Shown one piece after another: positions 20,001 to 29,367 of a stretch of 64,000 nt of DNA; the first letter of the stretch is position 1, and each line of letters begins with the position of its first letter. The stretch comes from Leptonemataceae bacterium (GTDB lineage: Bacteria; Spirochaetota; Leptospiria; Leptospirales; Leptonemataceae), in NCBI GenBank assembly GCA_965227295.1, contig OZ245742.1, forward strand, positions 2,528,001 through 2,592,000, in the 5' to 3' direction. The notes beneath the pieces are model-generated. The model was not told where the DNA came from. It made no database searches and saw nothing but the letters and a program-made list of their open reading frames with translations. Position numbers and translations under genes: made by a program.

Positions 20001-21197
20001 GACGGATCGGTCCGCGCGTTCGGCGGGGTCGTCCCCGGCGTGTTCCGGATGGGCGCCGCGCTCGTCCTCGGCCTGGATATCGGCCAGGTCCTGGTTCAGC
20101 TTTTGTTCGATCTCTTCCAGTTCGCCGCGTTTGCGTGCGAGATATTCCTGGAGCCTGCGTTCTTCAGCGTCCGGCCCGGTCGCTTCTTCCGGCGTGCTTT
20201 CGGCCGTAGTCTCCGCCGGTTCCGTGCTGTCCGATGGCGGTGCGCTTTCATTGTTTTCGTCCGCCGCAATCGCCGGATTTTCTTCCGGCGCAGCCGGTTC
20301 GGCATCCACCTCCGCGAAGGGGTGTTCTTCTTCATGTACTGCTTGTGCGGATTGCGCGGCCTCCGGTTCGGTTGCCGCCTCGGCGTCCAGGGCCGCCTCG
20401 AATGCCGAGGCGGCAGTGGAGGCAGACGCAGCGGCCGCATCATCTTGCGCAGCTTCCGTTGCGTCCGCTGCTAATGTGCTTTCTTCGGATGTTAACGCAG
20501 CGTCCTCGTCCGGATCGCGGGTTTCCAGGATCTGTCGGAGGTGCGGAACGTGCGGTTCGAGCACGGGGTCCAGTTCTGCGCGGGCGATGTAGGTGCGCCC
20601 GGAGTTCTTGTCGTGGGCCTCTACGTACTCGTGGAAGTCGCGCACCACGGATTCGCGGGCCTGGACCTGGTCATCGCGTTCCAGGTGTGCCAGTCCGGCC
20701 TTCAGATGATGGTGATCCTTTTCCAGTTCCAGGAGGTGGTCGGCCGTTTTGGCGGCCCGGGGGCGCACGGCTTCTTTGAGAAACAACAGAACGAACTGCG
20801 GTCCCTCGGTGTGATCCAGCTCCGCCAGAATGGGAATGAGTGTGGCGACGCCCAGGCGATCGCGATCGGCGAGGTCCTTGATGCGGCTTTCGTAACGCGC
20901 GGCACGTTCGCGGTAGTAGCTGCCGTAGTGGTAGTCCGCGACGGGATGCGAACTGCGTCCGGGATGCAGGCGCCGGGCGAGCAGCGTTTCGAATTCGTAG
21001 AGGGCGCCGAAGGGAACGCCCCGCTCACGCAGCGCGGTGGAAATGCTTCGCGCCCGTGGGATCAACGCAAGACGGTTGGTGTCCCGGATGAGCGCCGTGA
21101 TCATCGTCCGCCGGTTCTCAGTCGAAGAACGAGCGAACTCTTCGGCGAAGGCGGCGTTGCGCCGGCCGCCGAATATGCCGGGTAACCATTCTGCCAT
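17067..21197 (-). CDS. Large hypothetical protein (1376 aa)
   Basis: Long uninterrupted ORF filling the gap. Predicted helical blocks separated by acidic and Pro/Ala linkers. No motif recognised. Confidence 0.75.
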   Translation of the reverse strand: MAEWLPGIFGGRRNAAFAEEFARSSTENRRTMITALIRDTNRLALIPRARSISTALRERGVPFGALYEFETLLARRLHPGRSSHPVADYHYGSYYRERAARYESRIKDLADRDRLGVATLIPILAELDHTEGPQFVLLFLKEAVRPRAAKTADHLLELEKDHHHLKAGLAHLERDDQVQARESVVRDFHEYVEAHDKNSGRTYIARAELDPVLEPHVPHLRQILETRDPDEDAALTSEESTLAADATEAAQDDAAAASASTAASAFEAALDAEAATEPEAAQSAQAVHEEEHPFAEVDAEPAAPEENPAIAADENNESAPPSDSTEPAETTAESTPEEATGPDAEERRLQEYLARKRGELEEIEQKLNQDLADIQAEDERGAHPEHAGDDPAERADRSVRGLGDELYRRYHPQLREILEDADGLFARIFALLSSLARRLTIPEMRTFVDHLIAELEKDPAVREREPHLIPRLVNYRNSLREETPRLLNMIHQKLAEIRRAGGEPVDVIAAQLDYLRERLQDETFQSIWPTIFTIYQNIVEQQFDARVFDEIAREPLHKQQRILAALKESLPEHSRARRAVEARLRGAELAAVGERLDREEAEDQHADQTDGAAPAVPNIDSVLKTLRRSHAYDPVERVRNEIAAFDAGEPAPPNLTDESVSARAEEVRRLFVENPAQALTFAESILNDVAAPPAERAAVLERLREEAESPPAGGDTPEPWREQAGLTYLFHQTVESAGDHAAKIKRITEFEAAGIDLPGESFAEKRRSVERERRSNAAAAALSTALQEKDRDKRKTLFQSFLDNPESPEGLRRELRAGHDDRFDEAFTSITAAPHTAANKARMLTALHSIAHSRRILNPERDRRLRAAIDRYRRMAQTHDSLDDTKRGARSFFLRNGAQLPRLIAGKKSPASVFPEIFARERKHTAEYRASLEALHILEAGAAEGWIDAQNLDEAPEFIRKSVAPAFRQVVQRRYGAARGRRPGTAPGKRRPQTSNVGKLLKSDHAPTLQELRKAYAHASPAERTVLQRIARLNQHTQTAEAARRSAGPPTTRPAGTIAQTTARGNTATSSPQRNSAPPQAAQPGGAAPPGGAPSPAGDLEDAHHRRIVTEAGETFQETVLDDIDTPAWDDGSVPVGLTDSENNLEDSVPDTSFDADTPLQLDSAAKTAGGSKKAAANKKAADSQKKTASASWDQRLAGAIGGMLSFGRSPEERAARKAAKEEARKEAQKEKKETVSIAKLATRAEKKLFKGSRDAQGIWSMALSPDDLLEEIRSMPELRKQPEQKREHAAEAIKSSLAVTVMVPKSNRIVGMPQAVCFPRKDWNNELKRRNLIKAMNEMAEKQLPGSEKYQYFKFLADEIQFHYYEGKYKRGQGL

Positions 21198-21338
21198 AGC
21201 GTAGTTTTATGAGACGAAACGTTCTTTTGTAGATCGGTCCGCGGCGGCCAGGCGTCTACCGTTTTTGCCGCGAGTTTTCGCCAGGGATGCGACGCTGGAA
21301 AACACTTTACATACGACCGGTACACGGGAACATCCGGC

Positions 21339-23255
21339 ATGTCCAAACAGCGCGCGCTTCCGAAGTACACTGCCTATCATCTACTCACCGCCACCACGGA
21401 TCAGTGGCCGGACTCCATCGCTCAAAAGTACCGCCCCGATCCTGGAAAAAACTACGTCGACGTTACGTATCGTGAAATGTACGAAAACGTTCGGAACATC
21501 GCCCTGGGGCTTACCGAGATCGGTATGCAGCGCGGCGATCGCGTCGGCTTGATTGCCGACGTCGGCCACCTGTGGATGCAGACGAGCCTGGGCATTACCT
21601 CCGTCGGCGGCGTGGATGTCCCGCGGGGTACCGACGCCACCGAGGCCGACCTCAAGTACATCTTCGGCCACGCCGAGTGTCCCATCGTCATCCTGGAACA
21701 CGCGAAAGTCTTTGAAAAAATTCGGCCGTCCCTGGGGGAACTGGGCGGGATCAAGAAGATCATCTTCATGAACGATCCCGGCGAGCTTAATGTTTCCGGA
21801 CTGGAAGTTTACACTTTAAAAGAAGTCATGGCGAAGGGGGCCGCGGTGGCCGACGGTGAAGGCAAGTTCAAAGCGGCGGCCGAAGCCGTAAGCGAAGACG
21901 ATCTCGTTACCATCATCTACACCAGCGGCACCACCGGTTCACCGAAAGGCGTAATGCATACGCACAAGTCCCAGGTATGGGAAGTGGTGCATACGATTCA
22001 GGGCATTAAGGTGGATCCGAACGGGGTGACCATGGGATTCCTGCCGCCCTGGCATGTGGCCGAGCGCCTCATTGAAATGACGGCGTTGCGCACCGTAACC
22101 GCGGTGGCCTTTACTTCGGTGCCGACCCTCGCCAGGGACCTGGCCGCGGCGCAGCCGACGTTTCTTTTGAGTGTCCCGCGGGTGTGGGAAGCGTTTTATA
22201 ATCGCGTCATCGAAAACGTGAAGAAGGCCTCGCCGGTGGCGCGGGCGCTGTTCAATTTTTCGCGCTGGACGGCGCTTAAGTTTTCGAAGCAGTACGACGT
22301 TCTGTTCGGTCTCAAGTATCGCCTGCAACCGGAGTTCATCATCTTAACCGCCGCTGAAAAAGTCGCGGCCATCTTCTGGTTATTGCTGCTGCTGTTGCCC
22401 TACGGCTTCGCGCGAATCATTCTCGGTAAGGTGCGTGTCGCCCTGGGCGGTCGTGTGAAGTTCGCCATCTCCGGGGCGGGGGCGCTGCCGGAACACATCG
22501 ATCGTTTCTTTTACAGCATCGGCGTGCCCATTGTCGAAACCTACGGCATGACGGAAACCATGGGCGTCACCGCGCGCCGGCGTCTGCCGGGGCTCGTGGT
22601 GGGAACCGTGGGGCGTCCGTTCCCCGGCACGGAAATCAAACTCCTGGACGAGCAGGGCAACGAGGTGAAGGGCCCGTACGAAAAGGGCGTGGCCTGGCAC
22701 CGCGGCCCGCACATCATGAAAGGTTACTACAAAGATCCTGACAAGACCTCGCAAACCCTGGTCGACGGCTGGTTGAACTCCGGGGACATTCTTATGTGGA
22801 CCGTGCAGGGGGACCTCAAGTTCGCCGGCCGCGCGAAAGACACGATCGTTCTCTTCGGCGGCGAGAACGTGGAGCCGCTGCCCATCGAGGACGCGCTGAA
22901 TCAGAGTTCGTTCATCGCGAGCTGCGTCGTGGTCGGCCAGGACAAGAAGAACCTGGGCGTGCTGATCATTCCCGCGGTGGAACCGGTGCAGAAACACTTC
23001 GAAGACCAGGGCGTTAGCGTCGACGCGGACTGGACGAAGTGGAACGACGACGAAAAAGTCCGCGCGTTGATGAAGTCCGAGATCAAACGGCTCAACAGCG
23101 ACAAAAACGGCTTCAAGAATTTCGAACGCGTCTCCGCGTTTTACATTCTGCCGCGCGAGTTTCACATCGGCGACGAGCTGACCCAGACGCTGAAGATCAA
23201 ACGCAACGTCGTGTTGTACAAGTACGAGAAAGAAATCGAAGCGATGTACAGCTGA
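21339..23255 (+). CDS. fadD: Long-chain fatty-acid--CoA ligase (AMP-binding)
   Basis: IIYTSGTTGSPKGVM, ETYGMTET, GWLNSGD, GRAKDTIV, ELTQTLKIKR. Confidence 0.92.
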   Translation: MSKQRALPKYTAYHLLTATTDQWPDSIAQKYRPDPGKNYVDVTYREMYENVRNIALGLTEIGMQRGDRVGLIADVGHLWMQTSLGITSVGGVDVPRGTDATEADLKYIFGHAECPIVILEHAKVFEKIRPSLGELGGIKKIIFMNDPGELNVSGLEVYTLKEVMAKGAAVADGEGKFKAAAEAVSEDDLVTIIYTSGTTGSPKGVMHTHKSQVWEVVHTIQGIKVDPNGVTMGFLPPWHVAERLIEMTALRTVTAVAFTSVPTLARDLAAAQPTFLLSVPRVWEAFYNRVIENVKKASPVARALFNFSRWTALKFSKQYDVLFGLKYRLQPEFIILTAAEKVAAIFWLLLLLLPYGFARIILGKVRVALGGRVKFAISGAGALPEHIDRFFYSIGVPIVETYGMTETMGVTARRRLPGLVVGTVGRPFPGTEIKLLDEQGNEVKGPYEKGVAWHRGPHIMKGYYKDPDKTSQTLVDGWLNSGDILMWTVQGDLKFAGRAKDTIVLFGGENVEPLPIEDALNQSSFIASCVVVGQDKKNLGVLIIPAVEPVQKHFEDQGVSVDADWTKWNDDEKVRALMKSEIKRLNSDKNGFKNFERVSAFYILPREFHIGDELTQTLKIKRNVVLYKYEKEIEAMYS

Positions 23256-23355
23256 GGCGTCGCCGCTGCTGCACATAGTTACGTTTACGACTCTCCAGGA
23301 TCGCATTTCCGCACGAAAACCGTTGACGTGGTTTCGCGGATGAAGCATTTCCTGA

Positions 23356-23376
23356 ATTAAATCATCATGATTTAAT
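23356..23376. promoter_or_regulatory. Perfect AT-rich palindrome, probable operator
   Basis: ATTAAATCAT-C-ATGATTTAAT, 45 nt upstream of ATG 23422 and downstream of a TTGACG hexamer. Confidence 0.6.
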
Positions 23377-23421
23377 ACTGTTACGCGGGCGCTGCAAAGT
23401 CTTCAGCGTCCGGGAGAGCGT

Positions 23422-25053
23422 ATGAGCAGCCCTGGGATCGCCGCCGATGTGCAAATCGAAACTCCGCGGAGGTTTTCGCAGTCTTCGCTGTGGACGATCC
23501 AGCGCCGGTTCTTCGAAGAAGAAGGTATCTCCGCCTGGAGTTCCGGTACGGTTCCGCATTACATCACGTCGAACCCGTACATAGCCGGCGCCTATGCGCG
23601 GATGATCCAGGCTTATCTGCGGGACGTCGCGTCGACGCTGCAGGACGACGAGCCGGTCTATATCATCGAACTGGCCGCGGGTTGCGGGCGGTTTTCGTAC
23701 TATTGCGTGCGTGCCTTAATCGAACTGCTGCGCGGCAATGATCTGCAAAGGCCGCGGAACTTCGTCTACGTGATGACCGACCTCGCCGAAGCGAACGTCG
23801 AATTCTGGGACGAACACGAGAAGCTCAGGCCCCTGGTCGAGCAGGGACTGCTGGACTTCGCGCGCTTCGACGTCGAATCGGATCGCGAACTGAATTTACG
23901 CAAGAGCGGCACGAATCTTTCTTTCGATCGGCCGGTTGTGAATCCCGTGGTCGTCATCGCCAACTATTGCTTCGACTCGCTGCGCCAGGACGTTTTCGCC
24001 GTGAAGGACGGCGCCGTCCACGAGGGCCTGGTCTCCCTGTGGGCCGAAAACGATTCGATTCGCCCGGAGGAGGCAAAGGCCGAGGCGCTGCAGCTCATTG
24101 AACTAAAATACGATTATAAAAAGTTAACTGATGAAGATTACTACGGCGACCCGGAGCTGGACGCCATCCTGGCTTCCTACGCCGGCCGTCTCGGGGATAC
24201 CATCGTCGGCTTCCCGGAAAGCACGCTGCGTTTCTTGCGAGAACTGCGCCGGTGGTCCGGGGAGCGCCTGCTCCTGCTTACCGGCGATAAAGGTTTTGCA
24301 AACGAGGAGGATCTGCTGGACCGCCGGGAACCGGAAATCGTGGTGCACGGTTCTTTTTCCATGATGGTGAACTATCATGCCATCGGCGAGTACCTGCGCC
24401 GGCACGGCGGCGACCTGTGGAATCCGCCGCAGCAGTGTGCGAGCCTCAACGTCTGCGCCGGTTTGCTCGGCGGGGGCGAGTTTCCGGAAAGCCGTCGCGT
24501 CTTTGAAGAAGAGTTCGTCCGCCGCAATCCGGACGACTACTATTACATGCGCAAGAACTTCGCCCCGGTGCCGATTCTGCCTCAGGATGCGACGAACCCG
24601 GAGATGGTGCCGGAGCCGCGGCCGGATTTGCTCGCCATCCTCGCGTATTTGCGGTACGGCGGTTGGGATGCCGACGGATTCTTGAGCGTCTTCGAAGCCT
24701 TACGTGAAGCGGTGAAGGTCGCCGATGCGCGGCAGCGCCGGGAGGTGTGGTTCGTGTTGCGCAACGTCTGGGAGCATTACTACGCCATCGGCGAGGAGCG
24801 GGACCTGGCGTTTCACATCGGGATCATCTTGCACGAAATGGAGTTTTTTCCCGAGGCGGTGCAATTCTTCGAACGTTCGCGCCAGCGGCACGGCGCGGAT
24901 CCCAATACGGTCTACGACATCGCCGTGTGCTACTATCATCTACGGGATCTGGATTCGGCACTAAGGTACGTTCAGGAGACTTTAGTGATTGATCCGAATT
25001 TTGAGGCGGCGCGGTCGCTGCGGATCCGCCTGGAGCGAGAGCGCGAAAGCTGA
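23422..25053 (+). CDS. SAM-dependent methyltransferase (MidA/NDUFAF7-like) with C-terminal TPR
   Basis: YIIELAAGCGRF motif I and VVIANYCFDSL. TPR-like helices at the C-terminus (AVQFFERS...YDIAVCYY...IDPNF). Confidence 0.8.
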   Translation: MSSPGIAADVQIETPRRFSQSSLWTIQRRFFEEEGISAWSSGTVPHYITSNPYIAGAYARMIQAYLRDVASTLQDDEPVYIIELAAGCGRFSYYCVRALIELLRGNDLQRPRNFVYVMTDLAEANVEFWDEHEKLRPLVEQGLLDFARFDVESDRELNLRKSGTNLSFDRPVVNPVVVIANYCFDSLRQDVFAVKDGAVHEGLVSLWAENDSIRPEEAKAEALQLIELKYDYKKLTDEDYYGDPELDAILASYAGRLGDTIVGFPESTLRFLRELRRWSGERLLLLTGDKGFANEEDLLDRREPEIVVHGSFSMMVNYHAIGEYLRRHGGDLWNPPQQCASLNVCAGLLGGGEFPESRRVFEEEFVRRNPDDYYYMRKNFAPVPILPQDATNPEMVPEPRPDLLAILAYLRYGGWDADGFLSVFEALREAVKVADARQRREVWFVLRNVWEHYYAIGEERDLAFHIGIILHEMEFFPEAVQFFERSRQRHGADPNTVYDIAVCYYHLRDLDSALRYVQETLVIDPNFEAARSLRIRLERERES

Positions 25054-25093
25054 ACATCTTTACGCTTGCTAAAAAGCGGACGCCTGTCCAGAA

Positions 25094-26347
25094 ATGGCCA
25101 TGCGCATACTGAAAATCGCGGCGGGGTTGCTGGCGGCCCTGCTCCTCATCGTGTATCTTCTGCTGCCGGTGCCCGGAGCCGATCCGGAGCCGGTGCAATC
25201 CGGCGTGGATGCGGCGAGCCTGGATCTTTCGTACTTCAAGAAAGACTACGACGAAAGCCGCGCACACTTCCGCGAAATCACGGCGCGCCTCACAGAGCAG
25301 TATCCAGGTACGCGCAGCGGCGTGCTGAACGTGCCGTCGGCGGTGGACGATGATCTTACGATCGACTGGCTCTACGTACCGGCGCGATCGGCGCAAAAAC
25401 GTCTGCTCATTCTTACGAGCGGTTTGCACGGGGCCGAGGGGCCGGCCGGGGCCGCGGTGCAGCGCGCGTTCCTGGACCGACGCATGCAGGACGTGGATCT
25501 TAACAGCACCGGCGTGCTTGCGATCCATGCCATCAACGCCTACGGCTTTAAGTACTTCCGACGTGTTACCGAGAACAATGTGGACCTCAACCGAAACTTC
25601 GACGAGGACGACGCCCTCTTTGCCTCGAAGAACGAAGGCTATCACACCATCTACGATCTGCTCAATCCGCAGGGACCGGCGGCGGCGGCTTACATCGGCG
25701 AACGTTTGTTTTTTCTCGAGGCAGTCGGCAACATTCTCTACTACGGTATGCCGGCGCTGCGCCAGGCGGCGTTGCAGGGCCAGTACGAATTTCCCGAGGG
25801 CATCTACTTCGGCGGCCAGGCCTTCGAGCCGCAGAAAGAACTACTGACGCCGCTCCTCGTGGAAACCGCGCGAGCGTACGACGCGGTGGTGCTGGTGGAC
25901 TTTCACACCGGCTACGGAAGCCGGGGCGTGTTGCATCTTTTCCCGAGCGAGGCGGAAGACGAACGCATGCGCACGGCGACGACGAACCTGTACGAAGGTT
26001 ACACCATCGACTGGGCCGAAGAAGGCGGCGAGTTCTACAGCGTCACCGGCGAGTTTACGATGTACGTCGACGCTTTGCTGCGCGAAGATCAACTCTACAT
26101 TCCCATGGTCTTTGAGTACGGTACGCTGAACAGCGACACGACCACCGGTGCCATCGAATCGATTCATCGGACCATCATCGAGAACCAGGGCATTCAACAC
26201 GGTTACGCATCCGCGGAAGATGAGGCCGAGATCAAGCGTCGTTACCGGGAAATGTTTTATCCCACGAGTGAGGCCTGGCGCGCGAAGATTTTCAGCGATA
26301 CGGACGCGATGTGGGACGATGTCCTGCCGCGACTGAACGAACTGTAG
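25094..26347 (+). CDS. M14-like metallopeptidase (DUF2817), membrane-anchored
   Basis: SGLHGAEG, HAINAYG, VDLNRNF, DFHTGYG. Confidence 0.85.
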   Translation: MAMRILKIAAGLLAALLLIVYLLLPVPGADPEPVQSGVDAASLDLSYFKKDYDESRAHFREITARLTEQYPGTRSGVLNVPSAVDDDLTIDWLYVPARSAQKRLLILTSGLHGAEGPAGAAVQRAFLDRRMQDVDLNSTGVLAIHAINAYGFKYFRRVTENNVDLNRNFDEDDALFASKNEGYHTIYDLLNPQGPAAAAYIGERLFFLEAVGNILYYGMPALRQAALQGQYEFPEGIYFGGQAFEPQKELLTPLLVETARAYDAVVLVDFHTGYGSRGVLHLFPSEAEDERMRTATTNLYEGYTIDWAEEGGEFYSVTGEFTMYVDALLREDQLYIPMVFEYGTLNSDTTTGAIESIHRTIIENQGIQHGYASAEDEAEIKRRYREMFYPTSEAWRAKIFSDTDAMWDDVLPRLNEL

Positions 26348-26365
26348 CGCTCGAACGCGATCGTC

Positions 26366-27625
26366 ATGCGTAGATCCCGCTACTTACTGATCTTTTTGTG
26401 CGTCCTGGCCGGGGCCTACTTTCTTTTGCCGCGGCCGGGCGCGCCGGTGAGCGACGATACGATGAGCGGAGACACCTCGGTGGACGCAAAGTTCCTCGGG
26501 TACTTCCCGGAAAGTTACCGCGAAAGCCGCGAGCGTTTCCGTTCCGCCGTCGACCGGTTACGCGCGAAGGATCCTCGAGTGCAAAGCGGCGCGGTCGCCG
26601 TTCCCACCGGCGAACGGCTGAGCATCGACTGGCTGTATGTTCCGGCGCGCAGGCAACGCCGCCGGCTGATCGTGCTCACGTCCGGCCTGCACGGAGCCGA
26701 GGCGCCCGCGGGGGCGGCGGTGCAGTTGCACTTTCTGGATCACATCTATCCCGGTCTCGATCACGCGAGCACGGGCGTGTTCCTGGTGCACGCGATCAAT
26801 CCTCACGGCTACGCTAACTTTCGGCGGGCCACGGCGAACAACGTGGACCTCAATCGCAACTTCGGCGTTAACGAACAACTATTCGAACTTAAGAACCCCG
26901 GCTACGATCAGATTGACGATCTCCTGAATCCCCGGGGACCGGCCCGGGCCGGCCGTTTCGGGGAGCGTTTGTTTTTCATGAAAGCGATCAGTAAGATCGC
27001 CGTGCACGGAATCAACACGCTGCGCCGGGCGGCGTTGCAGGGCCAGTATGAACATCCGCAGGGCATCTACTTCGGCGGCGACGATTTCGAACCGCACGTG
27101 TCGTTGATGCGCGAGCTCCTGCGCGAACGCCTGCGTCGTTACGATGCGGTGTTCCTCGTGGACCTGCATACCGGCTACGGCGACCGTGGGGCCCTGCACG
27201 TCTATCCCGTCAACGAACCGGACGCGGACATGCGTCGGCGTATTGAGGACGTCTACGGAGCAGAGGGGGCCGGTTACGAGCTGGCCTGGGCGAACGAGCA
27301 GACCGGCTTCTTTCCGATTCGCGGGGACTTCATGACTTACGTCGGCTCCCTGCTGAAAGCGGAGCAGATCTATGTGCCCGTCATCATCGAGTACGGCACC
27401 ATGAACAGCCGCCGCACGGCCGGGGCGATCGAGTCCATTCATCGCACCATCCTGGAAAACCAGGGCGCGATGCACGGTTACGCCGCTAACAGCGACGAAC
27501 TGGAAATTAAGCGCCGCTACCGGGAAATGTTTTTTCCGTCCAGCGAACGCTGGCGATCAACGATACTGCGGAAAACGCGGGACTTCTGGGATCGCACGCT
27601 GCACCGGTACGGCGACGTGCGTTAG
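26366..27625 (+). CDS. M14-like metallopeptidase (DUF2817), tandem paralog
   Basis: SGLHGAEA, HAINPHG, VDLNRNF, DLHTGYG. Confidence 0.85.
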   Translation: MRRSRYLLIFLCVLAGAYFLLPRPGAPVSDDTMSGDTSVDAKFLGYFPESYRESRERFRSAVDRLRAKDPRVQSGAVAVPTGERLSIDWLYVPARRQRRRLIVLTSGLHGAEAPAGAAVQLHFLDHIYPGLDHASTGVFLVHAINPHGYANFRRATANNVDLNRNFGVNEQLFELKNPGYDQIDDLLNPRGPARAGRFGERLFFMKAISKIAVHGINTLRRAALQGQYEHPQGIYFGGDDFEPHVSLMRELLRERLRRYDAVFLVDLHTGYGDRGALHVYPVNEPDADMRRRIEDVYGAEGAGYELAWANEQTGFFPIRGDFMTYVGSLLKAEQIYVPVIIEYGTMNSRRTAGAIESIHRTILENQGAMHGYAANSDELEIKRRYREMFFPSSERWRSTILRKTRDFWDRTLHRYGDVR

Positions 27626-28656
27626 AGTTTTCCCTGGGTCGCCTCTTTGTATACGACGTACATCTGCGGCACGTCGGCCTTCAGGCGGTCCTCGTAGGCG
27701 CGCGCGCTTTCGCGATCATGGGCGTGAAAGCGATGATGATGCATGAGGCAGAGATAGAAAAACGCCAGCGTCGCACGGACGCGTTCTTTGTAGCGCTCCA
27801 CCACCTGATTCAGATCGCGACTGAGGCGCGCGGATTCGCTTTGTAAGTGTTGGATCTCGGCGGGGGACAGGCGGCGCAGGCCCTCGTAGTGAAAACAAAC
27901 GGCGTGCAACCGGGCGGGAAACCACTCGCGCGTGCGTTCGAGATCGTGTTCGAATTCTTGATACAACGTGCCGAAGATTCCGACCGCCGGTTGGGAGGCC
28001 ATGAGGCCGGGATCGATCTCCGTCGCGTTCACCAGGCAGGCGTCCCGGTAGAAGCTCACGCCCTTTACGCGGGCTTCGCGCGGAGTATCTTCGTCCTCGG
28101 AGAGCGGGCCGGCCTGGGAACACAAAGACTCGCCGAGTAAAAAGAAAAGCACCGCATCGCTGCGACCCTTGCGCCGGGCATAGAGTAAGATGTCCGCGGC
28201 ATTGGCGTAATCTTCGAGACGGATCAAACAAACAGCGAGGGTCTTCAACAGTTCGCCGTCCACCGCGGACGCGCCTTCTTGCTGAAACGCAGTGCGATAG
28301 TTCTCCGCCGCTTCGCCGAGCACGGCGCGCATGGTGGCACGAAACGATAAACAGCCCGTAAACTCGCGCTCCTCGGCAATGTTTTGAAAATCATCCCATT
28401 GCCGCATCAACCAGTCGGCGAGGCCGCGGCCCTCTTTCAAGGACGTGCGCCGATCCTCGCGATTGATCCACCAACCCGACGCGTAAAAACCGCAGGCGTA
28501 CTCCGGATCGTTGGGATCGTCGTTGGCCAGCAGATCGCCGAAGCGCGCCCGGGCCTCGCCGAAGTCGCCGGCCGCGAGAAAGTCCAGGGCCGCGCGAAAC
28601 CGCGCTCCGGCGCTGCCGGCGTCCGCGGCGTCCGGGCTTTCGGAAGCGTCACTCAT
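27622..28656 (-). CDS. TPR-like hypothetical protein
   Basis: Helical repeats (LAVCLIRLEDYANAADIL; LFFLLGESL). Coupled to yajQ by a 4-nt overlap. Confidence 0.7.
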   Translation of the reverse strand: MSDASESPDAADAGSAGARFRAALDFLAAGDFGEARARFGDLLANDDPNDPEYACGFYASGWWINREDRRTSLKEGRGLADWLMRQWDDFQNIAEEREFTGCLSFRATMRAVLGEAAENYRTAFQQEGASAVDGELLKTLAVCLIRLEDYANAADILLYARRKGRSDAVLFFLLGESLCSQAGPLSEDEDTPREARVKGVSFYRDACLVNATEIDPGLMASQPAVGIFGTLYQEFEHDLERTREWFPARLHAVCFHYEGLRRLSPAEIQHLQSESARLSRDLNQVVERYKERVRATLAFFYLCLMHHHRFHAHDRESARAYEDRLKADVPQMYVVYKEATQGKL

Positions 28657-29147
28657 CGATAGTTGTCGAAGGCGACGGCGAAGTCCAGGTCCGCGTCGCG
28701 CAACATCTTTTGCACGCGCTGAAGATCGTCCTTGCTCTTGCTCGAAACGCGCAGGCTGTCGCCGTTGATGCGCGATTGCACTTTGATCTTCGAGTCCTTG
28801 ATCATCTTGTTGATCTTCTTGGCCTGGTCCTGGGTGAGGCCGTTCTGCACGGGGATGCGCGTTTTGAAAACGCCGCTCACGTTCGTTTCGAATTCCGCGT
28901 CGAAGCCGAAGGCCTTGAGGTTCAGGCCGCGCTTGAGCATCTTCGTTTGCAGCACGTCGATCATTTGTTTCATGCGCATTTCGTCGGAGGCTTCGAGGGC
29001 CAGGATCTCGTTCTTTTCGAGTTTGATTTCCGCCGTGGCGCCTTTGAAGTCGAAGCGGTTCGCGATTTCCTTGCGCGCCAGATCGATGGCGTTGTTGAGT
29101 TCCTGCAAGTCTACTTTGCAGCCGATGTCAAACGAGCTTTCTGCCAC
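28653..29147 (-). CDS. yajQ: YajQ family nucleotide/c-di-GMP-binding protein
   Basis: SFDI...NRFDFKG...IKDSKIKVQ...LRVSSKSKDDLQ...FDNYR. Confidence 0.95.
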   Translation of the reverse strand: MAESSFDIGCKVDLQELNNAIDLARKEIANRFDFKGATAEIKLEKNEILALEASDEMRMKQMIDVLQTKMLKRGLNLKAFGFDAEFETNVSGVFKTRIPVQNGLTQDQAKKINKMIKDSKIKVQSRINGDSLRVSSKSKDDLQRVQKMLRDADLDFAVAFDNYR

Positions 29148-29161
29148 TTAAATATCCTTTG

Positions 29162-29362
29162 GCCACAGAGGCACAGAGAGCACAGAGTTGAATGTTGCTA
29201 TCGAAGCACTCTCACCGCGGAGGCGCGAAGGACGCGGAGAGATTACGTATGAGAACGGCGATTTGCAATTCCAGACCTTACGCTCGCTCTCCGTGGCCTT
29301 CGCGTCTCTGCGGTGAACACGGTACAATTGTAACAACTCTGTGTCCTCTGTGCCTCTGTGGC
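29162..29362. repeat. Nested inverted-repeat element (family A outer arms, related inner arms)
   Basis: Outer arms 29162-29190 / 29334-29362. Inner arms TCACCGCGGAGGCGCGAAGGACGCGGAGAG (29212-29241) / 29287-29316. Confidence 0.85.
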
Positions 29363-29367
29363 AAGAG

